64,000 nt of DNA, taken from positions 1-64,000 of the forward strand of contig NC_134035.1 in NCBI RefSeq assembly GCF_964204645.1. Reading direction: 5' to 3'. This document shows, piece after piece, positions 1 through 12,796 of this stretch. The notes below the pieces were generated by a model. That model searched no databases, was not told the origin of the DNA, and saw only the letters and a list, made by a program, of their open reading frames with translations. A program made the translations under genes and the position numbers. Every line of letters begins with the position of its first letter. Within the stretch, counting starts at the first letter, position 1. This stretch comes from Tubulanus polymorphus. Lineage: Eukaryota; Animalia; Nemertea.

Positions 1-133
1 TTTTTAAATAAAACCATAATAAACATCAAAAATAATGAAATAATTTTTTCACGCACCTCTCGATGGTAAAATCATCAACTGGTTGATGGTGGCCATAAAT
101 TTGTAGGAGTAGAAGTAGAAGAGATTCAATCTC

Positions 134-560
134 AGATTGCTGCTGCTCGTGGGGTTAAACCGGAGTGTTTTATGCCGCTTTCCATCTCGAATCACCTTCC
201 CAATCACAAGTATTCGATACATAAGTAAATTTACTTACTGAAATTCAATGTTGAAATGGTCTGAAGAAATGGTCTTTCTCTGCGTTGAAAGAGAAGCTTC
301 TAAATATTTCAAGTGAAAATTGCGATTGATTCGTCCGCCATCATTCATAAATGGGACATACTCCACTTGGGAGGGCTAGTTCTGTAGTCTGCACAGATCG
401 AGGTCGACTAGGACTCGGGAGCATTAGCACTCCGGGCACCAACTAAAGAGTTCACGGTAGTGCCCGCGGTAGACTTTACATGCCGCTCCGAATTGATTAT
501 TGCCGGAAATAATACCACGAAATTAGGAATTTGTAACGGTTTCCGTGCGATAGTTCACTG
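134..560 (-). repeat. Copy A of a diverged ~430-bp duplicated promoter/first-exon/intron segment (copy B at ~2706-3130); the rest of this unit would lie off-window
   Basis: Shared blocks with 2706-3130: gagattgctgctgctcgtggggttaaaccggagtgtttta, ttcaatgttgaaatggtctgaaga, gttgaaagagaagc, gtccgccat, ccgggcaccaacta.agagttcacggt. A GTAAGT donor is present on the minus strand in both copies. Confidence 0.8.
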
Positions 561-1129
561 AAAAGTTATATGAAAAATATTCCCAATCAAATACCGGTAT
601 TTCAAACAAAGAAACTTTATAACTTAAATCGGTGATTCATAATAGGCATTTCACCTAGTTTTTTTTTGGCGGGGCGCGGCCGACATCGACAAGTTTTATA
701 TTTCTGTGACGAATTTCTATGAAGTATTTTGCTCAAATAAACTCATTTCATTATCAAATCGATGAACATAAGTGTAGTTATTCATTTCAGTTTGAAATTT
801 GGCTCTGTTTTGAGGAATTACTATTTTTCCAGCGACGGATCCAGAATATCACCTTGCCATCACCATGACAACGCACCAGTCAAAACAAACAACAATCATC
901 CAGAAATGAAGCCCTAGATTCTAAAATTTGGTTTAAAGTTTCTTCATTCTGTTTGAGTAGATTCTGGATGGTGCAAAGTTAACTAAAGACACTGGTTTTA
1001 TCAAAAAAATCATCTCTAGGGGACAGTGCCAATCCTGGAAGGGTTCTAACAGTAACTCAGATATTGTGTTCCACTGCATTCAGATCAAACCAACAGTTCA
1101 TACTCATAATTTGAGAACTGTTTTGTGTT

Positions 1130-2920
1130 TATCTTAAATAAATTTCATTTTTATTTTGACTCAAGATATAAATTACTAAATTTCCAATAGATGGCGTCTG
1201 TGATATACAGTTTATTCGTATTCGTATTACTCCAATAATTTGGTGGTTCAGCAGAAATCCAATAGGTGGCGATCATGTCGTAGTAAGTATTCATCAGTAT
1301 ATATCAGACATCCTGGTTTATCATCCGATCAGAATCACTGGTTTTGAACCTGGGACATCCCTCCAAATCCTTTAATCAGCATAAAACATCAGTAATTTAG
1401 AATCAATAATTCATTTGACGCGCAGTCAATTTCAGGTGTAGACGTGTCGCAGGTTTCAGTTATTGAGATCCTCCTCCATTAGACTGAAAATAAATCAAAC
1501 AACATTCATTATAACATCATTAGAGCAATTCACAAAAATCATAGTAAATATTCGATATAAATAAGAGTAACTAAACGAACCTGATCTAAACATCACCTTC
1601 TTTTGAGTAGAATAAACAAAACTCTAGCGTTACGCCTACATCTGAAATAATACAAAACACTGAAAATCATTATTTCTTCATCTGATAAAAAATTAAAACA
1701 GATTCAACATGATTCAAAATGCTTTTAGCGCCAAGAATTTTCAGTGTTACAATTTTTTTTCATACAAGACTTAACGGTAAATTGGTTCAGACTTAGAGCA
1801 GGGAACACTATATGAATTTATTCCCACACCGTCTGAAATTACAGATTTCACAATGAAATTTGCAGCGTGTTCGTTGCTCAGCTGCAGGTGGATCGCACCA
1901 TTCAAACATGTATGATATTTCTGCAGTAAATTTTATCGCAGCGAATATTTTTGCAAACTCCCAAACACAGAAAAATATGTTGGCATCAATGATTTGCGAA
2001 CCTCGCTGAAAACCTGATTCAATTCGGGTTACTTAGTTTTTAAACGCCACTGAAACTGGTTTAGTAGAGGTCTTATGCCTTTTTATGAACACTCGATTAG
2101 TATATTCGAGTATGCAAAACGTTTTTATGAGCATGGATTATGTCATAATCCGTCATTTTTATGAACATTGGTTATCATAATCGATTAGCATACTCCGCAT
2201 ACTCGCTCGGCGAGCAAGTACGCCGATTATCTAATCCAACCGATATGGTGTTCTCAGTAGAAGTCGCTGCTGAGTAGGCCATAATTGAATAAGTTCTACC
2301 TGGCGTTTTTATCAACCAACATACCCGGTTATGCTAATTGACACTAATCGGCTATATAATCTAAATAGCTAATCTATTTCGATTTTGCTGGTTCATAAAA
2401 AGGCCTCTAGTTATGCCTAAGATATATCTACCTGCATTGATGGATCACTTCATCGCCAAACAGTTATTCCTGCTGGAACTTCCTGATGACTGCGGTTATT
2501 TAGTAGAGCATCACCCTCTAAAATAATAATAATAAATATAGAAACATAGAAACCTGTCAGAGAAAGCACTCTAAAATCCAGGGTATTCGCGGGGTCAAAT
2601 GCTCCATCTGTATTGATAGTAATGGTTTATATTAGGCCTCGATCCACTCTTTATGTTATGTGTACTTTTTACTAAATGATGGTTTTACACGCATCAGTGA
2701 AAAGAGAGATTGCTGCTGCTCGTGGGGTTAAACCGGAGTGTTTTACGTCGCTCTCCATCTCGAATCACCTTCATACATCACGAATATTCGATTCATAAGT
2801 ATTTACTTACTGTATTTCAATGTTGAAATGGTCTGAAGACATTCTGTCGCTTCTTGGTTGAAAGAGAAGCGTCTAAATATTTCATGTGAAAATCCTCGAT
2901 CGATTAGTCCGCCATGACAG
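1130..2920 (-). ncRNA. Putative spliced, polyadenylated lncRNA (4 exons: ~2811-2920, ~2433-2518, ~1581-1642, ~1130-1483)
   Basis: Minus-strand chain of donors (GTAAGT, CAG|GTAG, CAG|GTTC) and pyrimidine-rich acceptors (TTTTAG, TTTCAG, TTTTCAG), with AATAAA at ~1150. The ATGs I traced close within about 25 codons. Confidence 0.4.
2077..2404. mobile_element. MITE-like non-autonomous DNA element
   Basis: Perfect 14-bp terminal inverted repeats gcctttttatgaac (2077-2090) and gttcataaaaaggc (2391-2404); no ORF; internal partial TIR copies. Confidence 0.65.
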
Positions 2921-4108
2921 GACTAGTTCTGCAGTCCCCGCGGCTAGGGGTCATCTCAGACTCAGGCATCATAGCGCCCCGGGCACCAACTAGAGAGTTC
3001 ACGGTCCTAGCCGCGGAAGGCTTCAGATACCGCTCCAGATTACTAGCGGCGGGAAATTAATACCATGAATTTAGGGATACGTATCACAGTGCACTTCCGC
3101 TCACAGAAAGAAATATTATGTGAAAATTATTCCCAATTATACATTAATCAAAAAAGAGTCGAGAAGATTAAACCATATCCGTGTAATATGAATAACGAGA
3201 AAAATCCCACAATAGATTCAGTAAAAATGAAAAAGTTGTATAATAAAATGATATAGATTTCGAGCATCGTTTCGGTTAAATACTATACTAGCCATCATCA
3301 GGTGTAATGAGTACTGATTTGCTACGGGCCTCATAACTCCTGGTGCTTTTTTAAATCATCTAATAGTCTTGGGATATTCACTGGCGATTAAAACAATTAA
3401 CCAAAGCTAGTTTTTTCTTGATAAATCTCACCATATGTTATATCAAGATGTAATATAGTTGGTGAGTTTCTGAATAGACGTGGTTTATCTCGGGGAATTT
3501 CAATATCGATCAGCGCAGTTTTAACATGACAGTATGTAGATTTATTGGTGCGTATAAAAGCCCGCTTCAAAAAGTTGATCATATCGAAACATAAAACATG
3601 ATATTTTAGCTTTCTGGGCCTGCGAAAAACTGTCAGTTCAATTTCGTGACCTAAAAGTGGCTTTCAGTCTGTGCTGAAATCAACTCGTTGTTTTCAGAAG
3701 TGTTTTTAAACAAACATTGTTCATTAAATCTATTTTCGAATTTTGTAGCTTGTATCAGCAACGGTATCCCCTGGGAGTGAGAGGGGAGAGAAATGGGATA
3801 GAACAGACGGGAAACTGGAGGGAAACCAACTGTGTCGATTAATTTGACTTCACGTATCCAGTCTACCCGTGCCGTATCCTATCAACTGGAAACTAACTGC
3901 ATACTGAATTATAACACATTACAACGTTTAGAAAAAAAATCACCAGCAATAAATTATCACGCGACTGATTACACACTCACATTGACGCCTTGTCGCGCGT
4001 CATCATTATAAATTAATTGGAAAAATATGTAATACTTCGAGGTATAAATGAAATGGAATAAACAAATACGTAGGTGATTCAAGTTTGATTACGCAACTGC
4101 GCACCGGG

Positions 4109-4311
4109 GTCATATTAAACCCACACAACTGTGGACTGGATTCAAGTCATATTAAACCCACACAACTGTGGACTGGATTCAAGTCATATTAAACCCACAC
4201 AACTGTGGAACTGGATTCAAGTCATATTAAACCCACACAACTGTGGACTGGATTCAAGTCATATTAAACCCACACAACTGTGGAACTGGATTCAAGTCAT
4301 ATTAAACCCAC
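4109..4311 (+). repeat. Minisatellite, 37/38-bp unit x ~5.4
   Basis: Unit gtcatattaaacccacacaactgtgga(a)ctggattcaa starting at 4109, 4146, 4183, 4221, 4258, 4296. Confidence 0.95.
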
Positions 4312-4357
4312 CGGTGGAACTCTTATAACAACTAGTTCTGTGATTTTCTGTGATAAA

Positions 4358-5631
4358 ATGGTCACCGTAGCACATATTCTATTGCTGATGTTGTCGGTAA
4401 CAAATGTCACGTGTTCTTCGTTTGTTCATTATCGTCTTATCATCTTTGAAAATACGATCATCCCAGAATTCGAACCGGAAGACAAAACTACGACAGGTGA
4501 GACGTGGATTGGTTGCGCGAAGAGATGCCGGGATGATTGCGAGGGCGTGTCGTATGTAATGGCGGCTACACATTCACTGGGCACTTGTACAGTCCATAAA
4601 TCGTTCCTGTCATTACCTTATTTTATACCTACTCAACTACAACCAACCGACAAGCGATACTACATAGCCTTAAAAGGTAAGCTGGGCGGATTATTGAGAA
4701 AGGTAATTAACAACATTTAAAAACGCCCCACAATTGAATGATTTAGAGTCAAATTGCCGAAAATAAACGCGATATTTCGTCAAACTGGTGAAAACATTAG
4801 TTTATACACTTTGATTACAGATACGTCAAGATTGTTCACGATAGGAAATGTTTGGTATGGTGTCCTGGGTAGAACAAAAACATGCGCAGAAGCCTTCGAC
4901 TTGTGCATCAAAAAACACCATCAAAACGGGTTCCATTTAGATCGATCGATAAACGTCCCCAGACTGGCGGTCGTGTCCAGCTTCGATAATTTATCGAAAA
5001 CTGGTTTAAAAGATCAACTTGACGTTCATTTCCCACGTATGTATACCCCCATACAGTGTATACCCCTAAACTGTGTATACCCCATACAGTGTATATGTAT
5101 ACCCCGATACAGTGTATACCCATACAGTGTATACCCCATACAGTGTATACCCCGATACTGTGTATACCCCGATACTGTGTATACCCCATACAGTGTATAC
5201 CCCGATACTGTGTATACCCCGATACTGTGTATACCCCAAAACTGTATATACCTACAATATTGTGGTTGGTGGCTGATTTAGCCCATACTATGTTTCTGCT
5301 AAAAGTGCAATAAATAATTATACGGCTGTCAAATGTTTTTTTGCTAATTTTATCAACCCCCCCCCCGAGCCCTGTGCACATTCTAAATGAATGTACTGAA
5401 TGGTCGTTCATGTACATTAATTTACACTAACGTCACCCACTCATAATTACATATGTTTCAGATCATATGAGTTACATTTGGGTGGCAGCGGCGGAGAATG
5501 CGACGACTTGTAACGTGCTTTCATTGTCTCGAGCTAGAAATTACACTTGGAATTTCTGGTACAAACAGAACGTTACTCTGGCACGTGGTGGAACCGCATC
5601 GCAACCACATCTGTGTTTAAGGCTACCGTGA
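4358..5631 (+). CDS. Secreted protein (234 aa) with PAN/apple-like domain followed by a degenerate C-type-lectin-like domain; exons 4358-4676, 4821-5036, 5462-5631
   Basis: Signal peptide MVTVAHILLLMLSVTNVTC. PAN-like C-x3-C..C..C (CAKRCRDDCEGVSY..CTVH). CTLD-like TCAEAFDLC..RLAVVSS..YIWVAA..C..W..HLC. Two phase-1 GT-AG introns give a 705-nt open frame. Confidence 0.7.
5039..5250 (+). repeat. Intronic minisatellite, ~17-18-bp unit (gtgtatacccc[g]atac[a/t])
   Basis: Visible tandem array starting at the donor of intron 2; explains spurious ORFs 4908-5417, 5056-5313 and 5073-5276. Confidence 0.9.
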
Positions 5632-6632
5632 AAAAGACCCAGCGAATTTTATGAATATTATTTCGTGAATGTTTTCTAAGAAACTGTTTGAAAACTTAAT
5701 TATCTGTTATCCACCGCATTAGACCCGTTTACAAACATCATCTTATTACATTTCGATTTTAATTGCTGTTTAAAAGATGTTAGTTTTCACGCCAGACTTA
5801 AATTCAACAATATTCGTGCAGCTGCGTATATTAAACGGTAGATTGTTCCATAGAATCGGAACTGCCAGGCAAAAAGCTCGTTTTTACCGTCAACATATTT
5901 TATTATGTTCCTCTTTTTCTGGAGCGTGCGGCAAATTCTCATATGAATATAATTTACCTTTTCGCTTTGCTGGAAGCATTAATCAAATGAAGTGAAGGGA
6001 ATTTTTGTACGATGATGTAAGGAAAGAAGAGTGGAAATGGCCTCCTATCTGATCTCAAAACCATTTGTAAATTCGAGGGTGATACCTACGCGTAAAACAG
6101 CGTAAAGATGTATTTTTCAGTGGTGTTGCTTTATATTGCCACAAGCATTTGTCCAAACGGTCAACAAAATACTGTCGTTTTATATTGAATTGAATGAAGA
6201 TGTTTTAATTGTTCTGGTTTTTGCCTCATCATCAATTAACTAAACAAATATTTCCTAACAATATTTTATTCATCGTCTTCCATTAAACATCATAATATAA
6301 TTCGTAATACTTAACGTGGAAATAAATCATTTCGAATAAAAACATTGAAGTTAAATCCAGACTAAACGATGTGGTTGTTATGTATAGAACGAAAACTTAT
6401 TTTGTTACAAGTAATTTTTATTCATAATATTTGCAAGACGTAATGTCGTTTTTCACAAGAACATAATTCAACGGAAAAGAAAATAATGACGCGCTGAAAC
6501 GCGATGAAACGCCCAACACCAGCGTCACCCATAGCAGCGCGTTAACTAGACCAAACACATTCATACCCGGGACAATATTGGAAATGAAATTAGATTGAAA
6601 AGTAGGATTTTTTTCTATGATTACTGCCTAAG

Positions 6633-9600
6633 TTACCAGCCGATCGCAATTTTATTTTTACGGTTGTAATTTCTTAGAAAATTGTGTAGTGGTTCGTAAT
6701 ATTCCATCAGCGGACGAACGCTGATATTACCGTCACCTCCAGTCAAAATCCTCTTAGTTTCACGCCACGGTTTACTGCGGCCCAGTTTCAACATCGACCT
6801 GTACAAAAATAATATGAATAATTGAGTTTTATAATTCATGTTTATGATGCATACTGTATGCCCATAAAATGATTTTATTTTCATGTAAACTGCATTAGTG
6901 ACTAGAGTTAAATGAGGGCAAACTCGGATCAGTCACAAACTTGCTTGCTATATCTAGCTGAACAGTTCTATTAAATCAGGATTTGTTCCATGACAAGCGA
7001 GCAGTACTCTGGTCTTAAACCTCATAGGTGCACATGGTTTATAGAAAGTAAGACTTCAAAAAAGGATTTAGTTTCGGTAGAACAAATATCTCTATACTTA
7101 CAACCACGCTTCACCGGCCTTCTTAGAATTCGTCAAATCGCATCTATGTAGTTCAATATCGGGCTCGGCTATATCACAAAGAGCTTTCAGAAATTCGAAT
7201 TTCATGATACTGTCCAAGAAATACCTGTAACAAATTGTGTGAAATATGAAGAAAACTTGTTCGCGTGGATGTTCACGTCCATTCTGCGGGTCACGTGTTA
7301 TTTTTACAATTACCGGAAGTAGTTAACAAAGTTTGCCACGTGATATTTGGATCCCGCATCAAAATCGTGTTCGTTGCGCGGAATCGGGGGTATCATTCCT
7401 TGAAAACGTAATCTGAAATAATATACAGGTGTGACATTTGAAGCGCATTTTTAAACAAGGTCCGGCTTTTATAGAATACAATTAACTTTCAGCCGAGGTC
7501 TCGACTCATTCCACTATGACTGTATCATCTTTACTCGGTTAAAATCACTGAATTCTGCTGAAATCTATTTGGAAAAACCTTCAATTTCTACGATTCTAAA
7601 CTCTGTGAAATGATAGCGAGCCAGGTGAAGTTTGTCGAAGATGAGTTGATCGCCGTAATCTATAAAACCAACCCCTACATTCTATTCGAGAACCAGTCGT
7701 TTCCTCATCGATATTTACCGTAGATCCCACCATTTAGCATTGAGGCGATTGACGGGAGTTGACCCGTTAAACAAACCCCATCGGTACGAGTCGATCAGTA
7801 AAGTCCACGGTAATAAAGGGATATCCCATAGAGCGTGCCTCATCAAAGCGTTCAAATCAGCCTCTGAAAAACAAGGCAGAATAATACATAGTCTCACACT
7901 GGTGCCTGCACTCGAAATGCTTGGTACTATTATCGCAAACTGCAGCAGGGGGTGCCAGTTGCGCAGACATCGCTGAATTCTAAGAATCGGATCGCAGTCG
8001 ACATAAGCTGGGCTGCGATCGCGGTTGCTCTCAGTTGCGTCGGTAGGAGTCGGTAGGCGTCGCGTTGCTTGTCGACATAAGCCAGCCTTAAGACCATCTA
8101 TCTCGGTTCTATAACTAATCTAGCGACTAAGGTCCAGATTTAAGCTCATTTTGGTTCTAATCTAACAACTCGAAGTGAAGAAGCTGGAACTATATCAATT
8201 TTTACCTTTGTTTGAAATAATGTCGTCGGCCATGAGACCAACTCTGTTCAGCCTTCTAGGAGATGTATTAGCCAGAAGGGATGTATCAGCAATCGCCTCG
8301 TGGAAGGCGCTATTTACACCACCGCGCAATAGAGGTGGTTGAATCGCAAACGCCATGTCGTACTGGATGTGACCCATTTCGTGGGCACCGCCATGAAAAC
8401 TGTCCTGGTTTATTTCGGTGCAAATCTTTATCCTAAAAAGTTTTAAATTCGCGTGATAATTTTAACCTGTTACGTTTCACTCCAACAGGGCAATAAAGAC
8501 AGTTCGGTTTAATTTAAATCTCCAGTTTAAATTAGTTAGAATGATTTCTAAATCTTTTAAATCTTAACCCAGAATAAAGTAAAAAAACCCACAATAAGAT
8601 GAAAATAGAACAAGGGGTTTTTCACTCGATTGATATCAGACAGTCACTTGTGCGTGGAGCTGGAGGCAGTTCTACCTTTACCTGAAATCATCTTTTTCCT
8701 TAGCAAACATGTCGAACGCAGAACCATGACATTCAACACTACGGCCATCAGTCGGTTTTGTCAGCATACTATACTTCCAAAATTTATCCGTCATTTTGGC
8801 CATACCCATTGACACAAAGAGCGACTCATAAACCTTGAAAATCTTATTAGCGGTGTAATTCTGTGAAATCAGTGAACTGGTGATGTCGGGTTTTGGTGCT
8901 TCGGGATGAGGCCAAGTTAAATCAGCTATTTCTATCCATTGCTGCGCGTACATGTTGCCTGTAATTGATAACATACATCATTACAGAAAATGATAAAGAA
9001 GATATATAAAATGACTAGGGAAATTCAACTAACAAAATACAGCGTCTTGGGTTAGTTTGACTCAAGAATTCATCTGTCTCTCAACAGAGAACGGGTTATG
9101 TTAAAACATATGAACTGATTTCAACTCGAACCAAATTGACGACTGTGAAATCGGGTCAAAAACCGTGACACTCACCAAATATGTGTGCAGGGATTGGGCC
9201 GTCTGCGCGAAACTTTCCCGGATATTTTTCTAACAGTTTGTGACGTACGAACGCGTGCAATTCTTTATAAAGCGGTTCGACCTCAGACCATAGTTTCATA
9301 GCGACTTCATCGAAGTTTCCATCACCGTCGCCTACTTCGTTTTCAATCATACGTTCAGCCGGATTGTAACCTTTTAGAAAAACAACATCGTATTATTCGT
9401 ATTTGATACAGTTACAGTTATTGCCTGCGTAAGATGGAAAAGTTTGCAAAAACCTTCGACCAAACTTGGAAGTCTATCTATATATTGAACTATAGACGTA
9501 GAGGTGTTTAATGCAGAATCAACATAAACTTCAGGGAGATAAAATATTGCATCCAAAACTATTGAAAAAAACCCACGGCCAAGTTTCAGTCATGTGTCCG

Positions 9601-11045
9601 AAAACTCGAGGTCGTATAATTGTTACATTGAATACAGAACCAATTAACTCTACAACGACTGACCTTTCATTTGTCCTCGTTCTATAGTATTTTGCACCAT
9701 GCGAATATATTTCGCCCTCATCTTGGGACCGACCTGATTCCGGACGCTTTTCCAAGCCCATTCTAACTGATCGTAGTCCCTAGATTTCTCCATGATGAGA
9801 TCGATGAAGCCACCTTCGACTGCTGAACATCGATGGTTTCGACAAACACGAGCTTCGTGATAAATATTCTCAATTTCAATCTGCAATTCTTTATATTCTC
9901 TGTAAAATATTTCACCATTGTTTTTGTATTCAAATATTTTCATTTCAACCGAAAGGAGATGAAAGTCTTGGTCCCACGTGATTCGAGACAAGCGCAGTCT
10001 GGATACATTGATTTTTTTTAATTGAAATTACTTACTTCAGCAATTTGGCAAAAGTTTGTTCTTCCGATTTTGAAAGACTCTTTCCTGTTGCTGGTACTAG
10101 ATACTTTAACTGTGATCTGAGACTTTCCGGTAGAGCTGAGATATCGTGGTCTTCAAACCGGGGATAGAACGACCCCATAAACTTTGCAAATTTCGCTTCT
10201 GCTTTAGTTAACTATATTAAAATCCAGAAAATATCTACGTATCAAGTTTCAATAGTAGCTCGTACCAGTTTTTAGATCTGGCTTATATTATAAAAAAGCC
10301 TACTTTTGTCTGCTATCACTATATATACCAGTAATGGCCATGCAAAAGTGTGAAATAAATTAAATAGTGGAATTTATGGATATATCCACGTGCGTATGTT
10401 TAGGTAATTTGTCGATCTATGTATGAATTTACACGTATATTGTAAATTATTTCTATGCAAATGAATTTTTGCTAAGCAAAATAAACTAAACTGAACTTAG
10501 AAATTAACCTTTGATAATTCTGATTATCTTTTAATAGATTCTTAAGAAACATCTTATTTTGGGCCGAGTCTCTATCTGCGCCTTAGAAGAAAAGTTACAA
10601 GATATGTTATTATCTCAGAGGGCTTATTCAGAATGGCATATACTTACTCGGGTCCGTTTCTCATCATTTTCGAGGTCGGTTCTGTAATCGAATGCGGCTA
10701 GCTCAAGTTTGTGTTTCAGTTCAGTATACGGACCATCGAACTTTGCGAGCAAAAACCTCGCTATATCTTCGGTTACAACTAGACAAAAACAATGACATTT
10801 TTCTAAATCTGAACGAGTTTGACGACGCATTTTAATAACCGATCTCGTTTAAATGTTAGAGTTGCGATTATTCAAAGTTTAAATCAACATGATGAATACC
10901 TGTTTTTTGTTTGCGAGCTCCACTGTATCCAGCTGTTAATAAATTCAGAATGGTTATCGCTGCCACATGCCGCAGCCAAAACCACATCGTTCACCGCGTG
11001 GGGACTTTTCCTCTCTGTTACTGATATGACGTTACCGTCTGGTAC
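6633..11045 (-). CDS. ACE: Angiotensin-converting-enzyme-like (peptidase M2) single-domain, soluble peptidyl-dipeptidase; ~11 exons, 5' exon/start uncertain (candidate signal-peptide ATG at 11203)
   Basis: Spliced translation contains DYDQLEWAW, PLYKELHAFVR, GPIPAHIFGNMYAQQW, CHGSAFD, zinc motif HEMGH, downstream FHEAIAD, DFDAGSKYHV..YFRYF, LGRSKPW, and ends IAIGW* with no transmembrane anchor. Confidence 0.92.
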
Positions 11046-11780
11046 TAAAATAGTAGATGAATCTATAATAGATTTAGATTTTTTAGTCAATTTTTTCACA
11101 TTTTAAGAACCGAATTTTTTCGCTGTTTATCGATAACATTCAATGTTCCTAGTGCAAGTGCGACGATGAAATTTAAAACTATTGAATTACAAATAGATAT
11201 CATTTACATAAATCCTGCGATCACCATTGAACAATTGATCAGTGAACGAGAGATATAGAGATATAAACCCGGCTAGTCGCCAGTATTAGTTTGAAATTGA
11301 TGCGCTTTCAATGAATTGCCTTATCTAGGATCACTAGGCTATAGTCGCCCTTCGCCTGCGGTTTAAATAATTCATATTCGAATATAAATATTAATGCATA
11401 ACGTGTTTATCTCTATAGCTTTGTCTATACCGAACAACGAGAGGACCTCGGGTAAAATGGCGTGGAAAATGTGAATAGGTTTTCTAACGAATCCCGGTAC
11501 ACACAAACCAACATCCTAAAAAGATGATTGAACTAACTGAATCATTTCCACCCTCCCTAACATAAACGTGATAACCGTCAATTAGTAGGGGTAATTTCAA
11601 AGAGAAATGAAAATGGTAAATGTGCATCAGCATTGTGAATGGATGTATAATTTCAGTAAGAAAATACTATTTGGGACAGCTCTGAAATGTCTATAGTTAA
11701 ATCAGACTACAGAAAGACTGAGCCTATTCTGTACGATTTGAATACTGGATTGGCCTATAAACAAGGTACCGTATATTATA

Positions 11781-12284
11781 CAACCTGTCCTACAAAAAGG
11801 TATACAAAACCTATAATAGGTTTATACGAATCTCTCTTTCATTTAAACGAATATTTCAAAAGACCTTCAAATTGAAAGCGTGGATCTTTCAGATGTAATA
11901 TTGGTTTGTTGAATTCCCTTTCGTCCCAATCCATTGTTTCTGATGAAAGTTTGGATGATCAGTGAACATGTCTAACTGTCAGAACATTGAAATGTATTTC
12001 TTGTCTTATTTTTCAATTTTTGTCATTTGATTTGCTATCGAAAAGTAAAAATATTGAATGAATTATAACAATATCACTCATTTTCGATATATCGACAGTT
12101 CTCAACCAGGTCATTATGCATGTCTCGGGTATAAAAGTCATCCTAGTGTGACTTACGTGTCGATAAAATGGTCCAAACAATTCTTATCTCCCACTGGTTT
12201 ATACCTGAAAAGGGGCTAGAGCGGAGCTGCCCGCCATGAAACAAACAATAGCTATAGTGTGGTATATTTTTATAGGACAGACTG
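11781..12284. mobile_element. Degenerate Tc1/mariner-like non-autonomous element
   Basis: Left end TA|caacctgtcctacaaaaaggtatac versus reverse complement of the right end cagtctgtcctataaaaatatacc (imperfect ~24-bp TIR). TA on the left flank only. Confidence 0.5.
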
Positions 12285-12730
12285 TCTCCTCGAGTAAGCT
12301 CTCGTAATATTTGACAGTTGACATTTTCGAATATTAAATGTATATATATTCAATTTGACAAACAAGTACCATCCTACATACTGAATACAGGCCTATATAG
12401 AATAACAGGGAAAAAACAGATTCAATTTAAATCTAGAAACAGCTGATTGGAAATAATGCATAAATACTGACCGTTTTAGTGTCCGGTTTGATGAAACATA
12501 CAAAACAAAACCATTTAATATATACAGCTACCTACAATAAGGTAGACACATGTGTGTCGCTACTATAGTTATAGTTCTTCTCAGTTGAATGATTTTGGCG
12601 CACGACACGAACCAGTGATTCAGGCCTTACACGACACACACACACACACTAACTAGTTCATATCAAGCCGCATACATGTTATACACCAATATAGTATTTT
12701 ATAGTGAATCGTCTGTAAAATTTATACGTC

Positions 12731-12796
12731 AATAATAATAATAATTTATTATGTAAAAGCGCTTAACATTAAAACAATCGCAAAGCTCTTTACAAC
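12731..12796 (-). mobile_element. 3' tail remnant of an L2/CR1-type LINE or related SINE
   Basis: Minus strand reads ttgtaaagagctttgcg...aagcgcttttacataataaa(tta)n, resembling typical L2-clade 3' ends. Confidence 0.4.

Noticed and set aside
4109-4311. CRISPR-like appearance of 33-60-bp repeats (also 24767, 29466, 36989, 53147)
   Set aside because: Units are head-to-tail with no unique spacers, there are no cas genes, and the context is a eukaryotic intron/UTR.
12236-12298. Plus-strand mini-exon MKQTIAIVWYIFIGQTVSS followed by GTAAG, resembling a signal peptide
   Set aside because: Overlaps the right TIR of a Tc1/mariner-like element and no downstream exons were found; probably chance.
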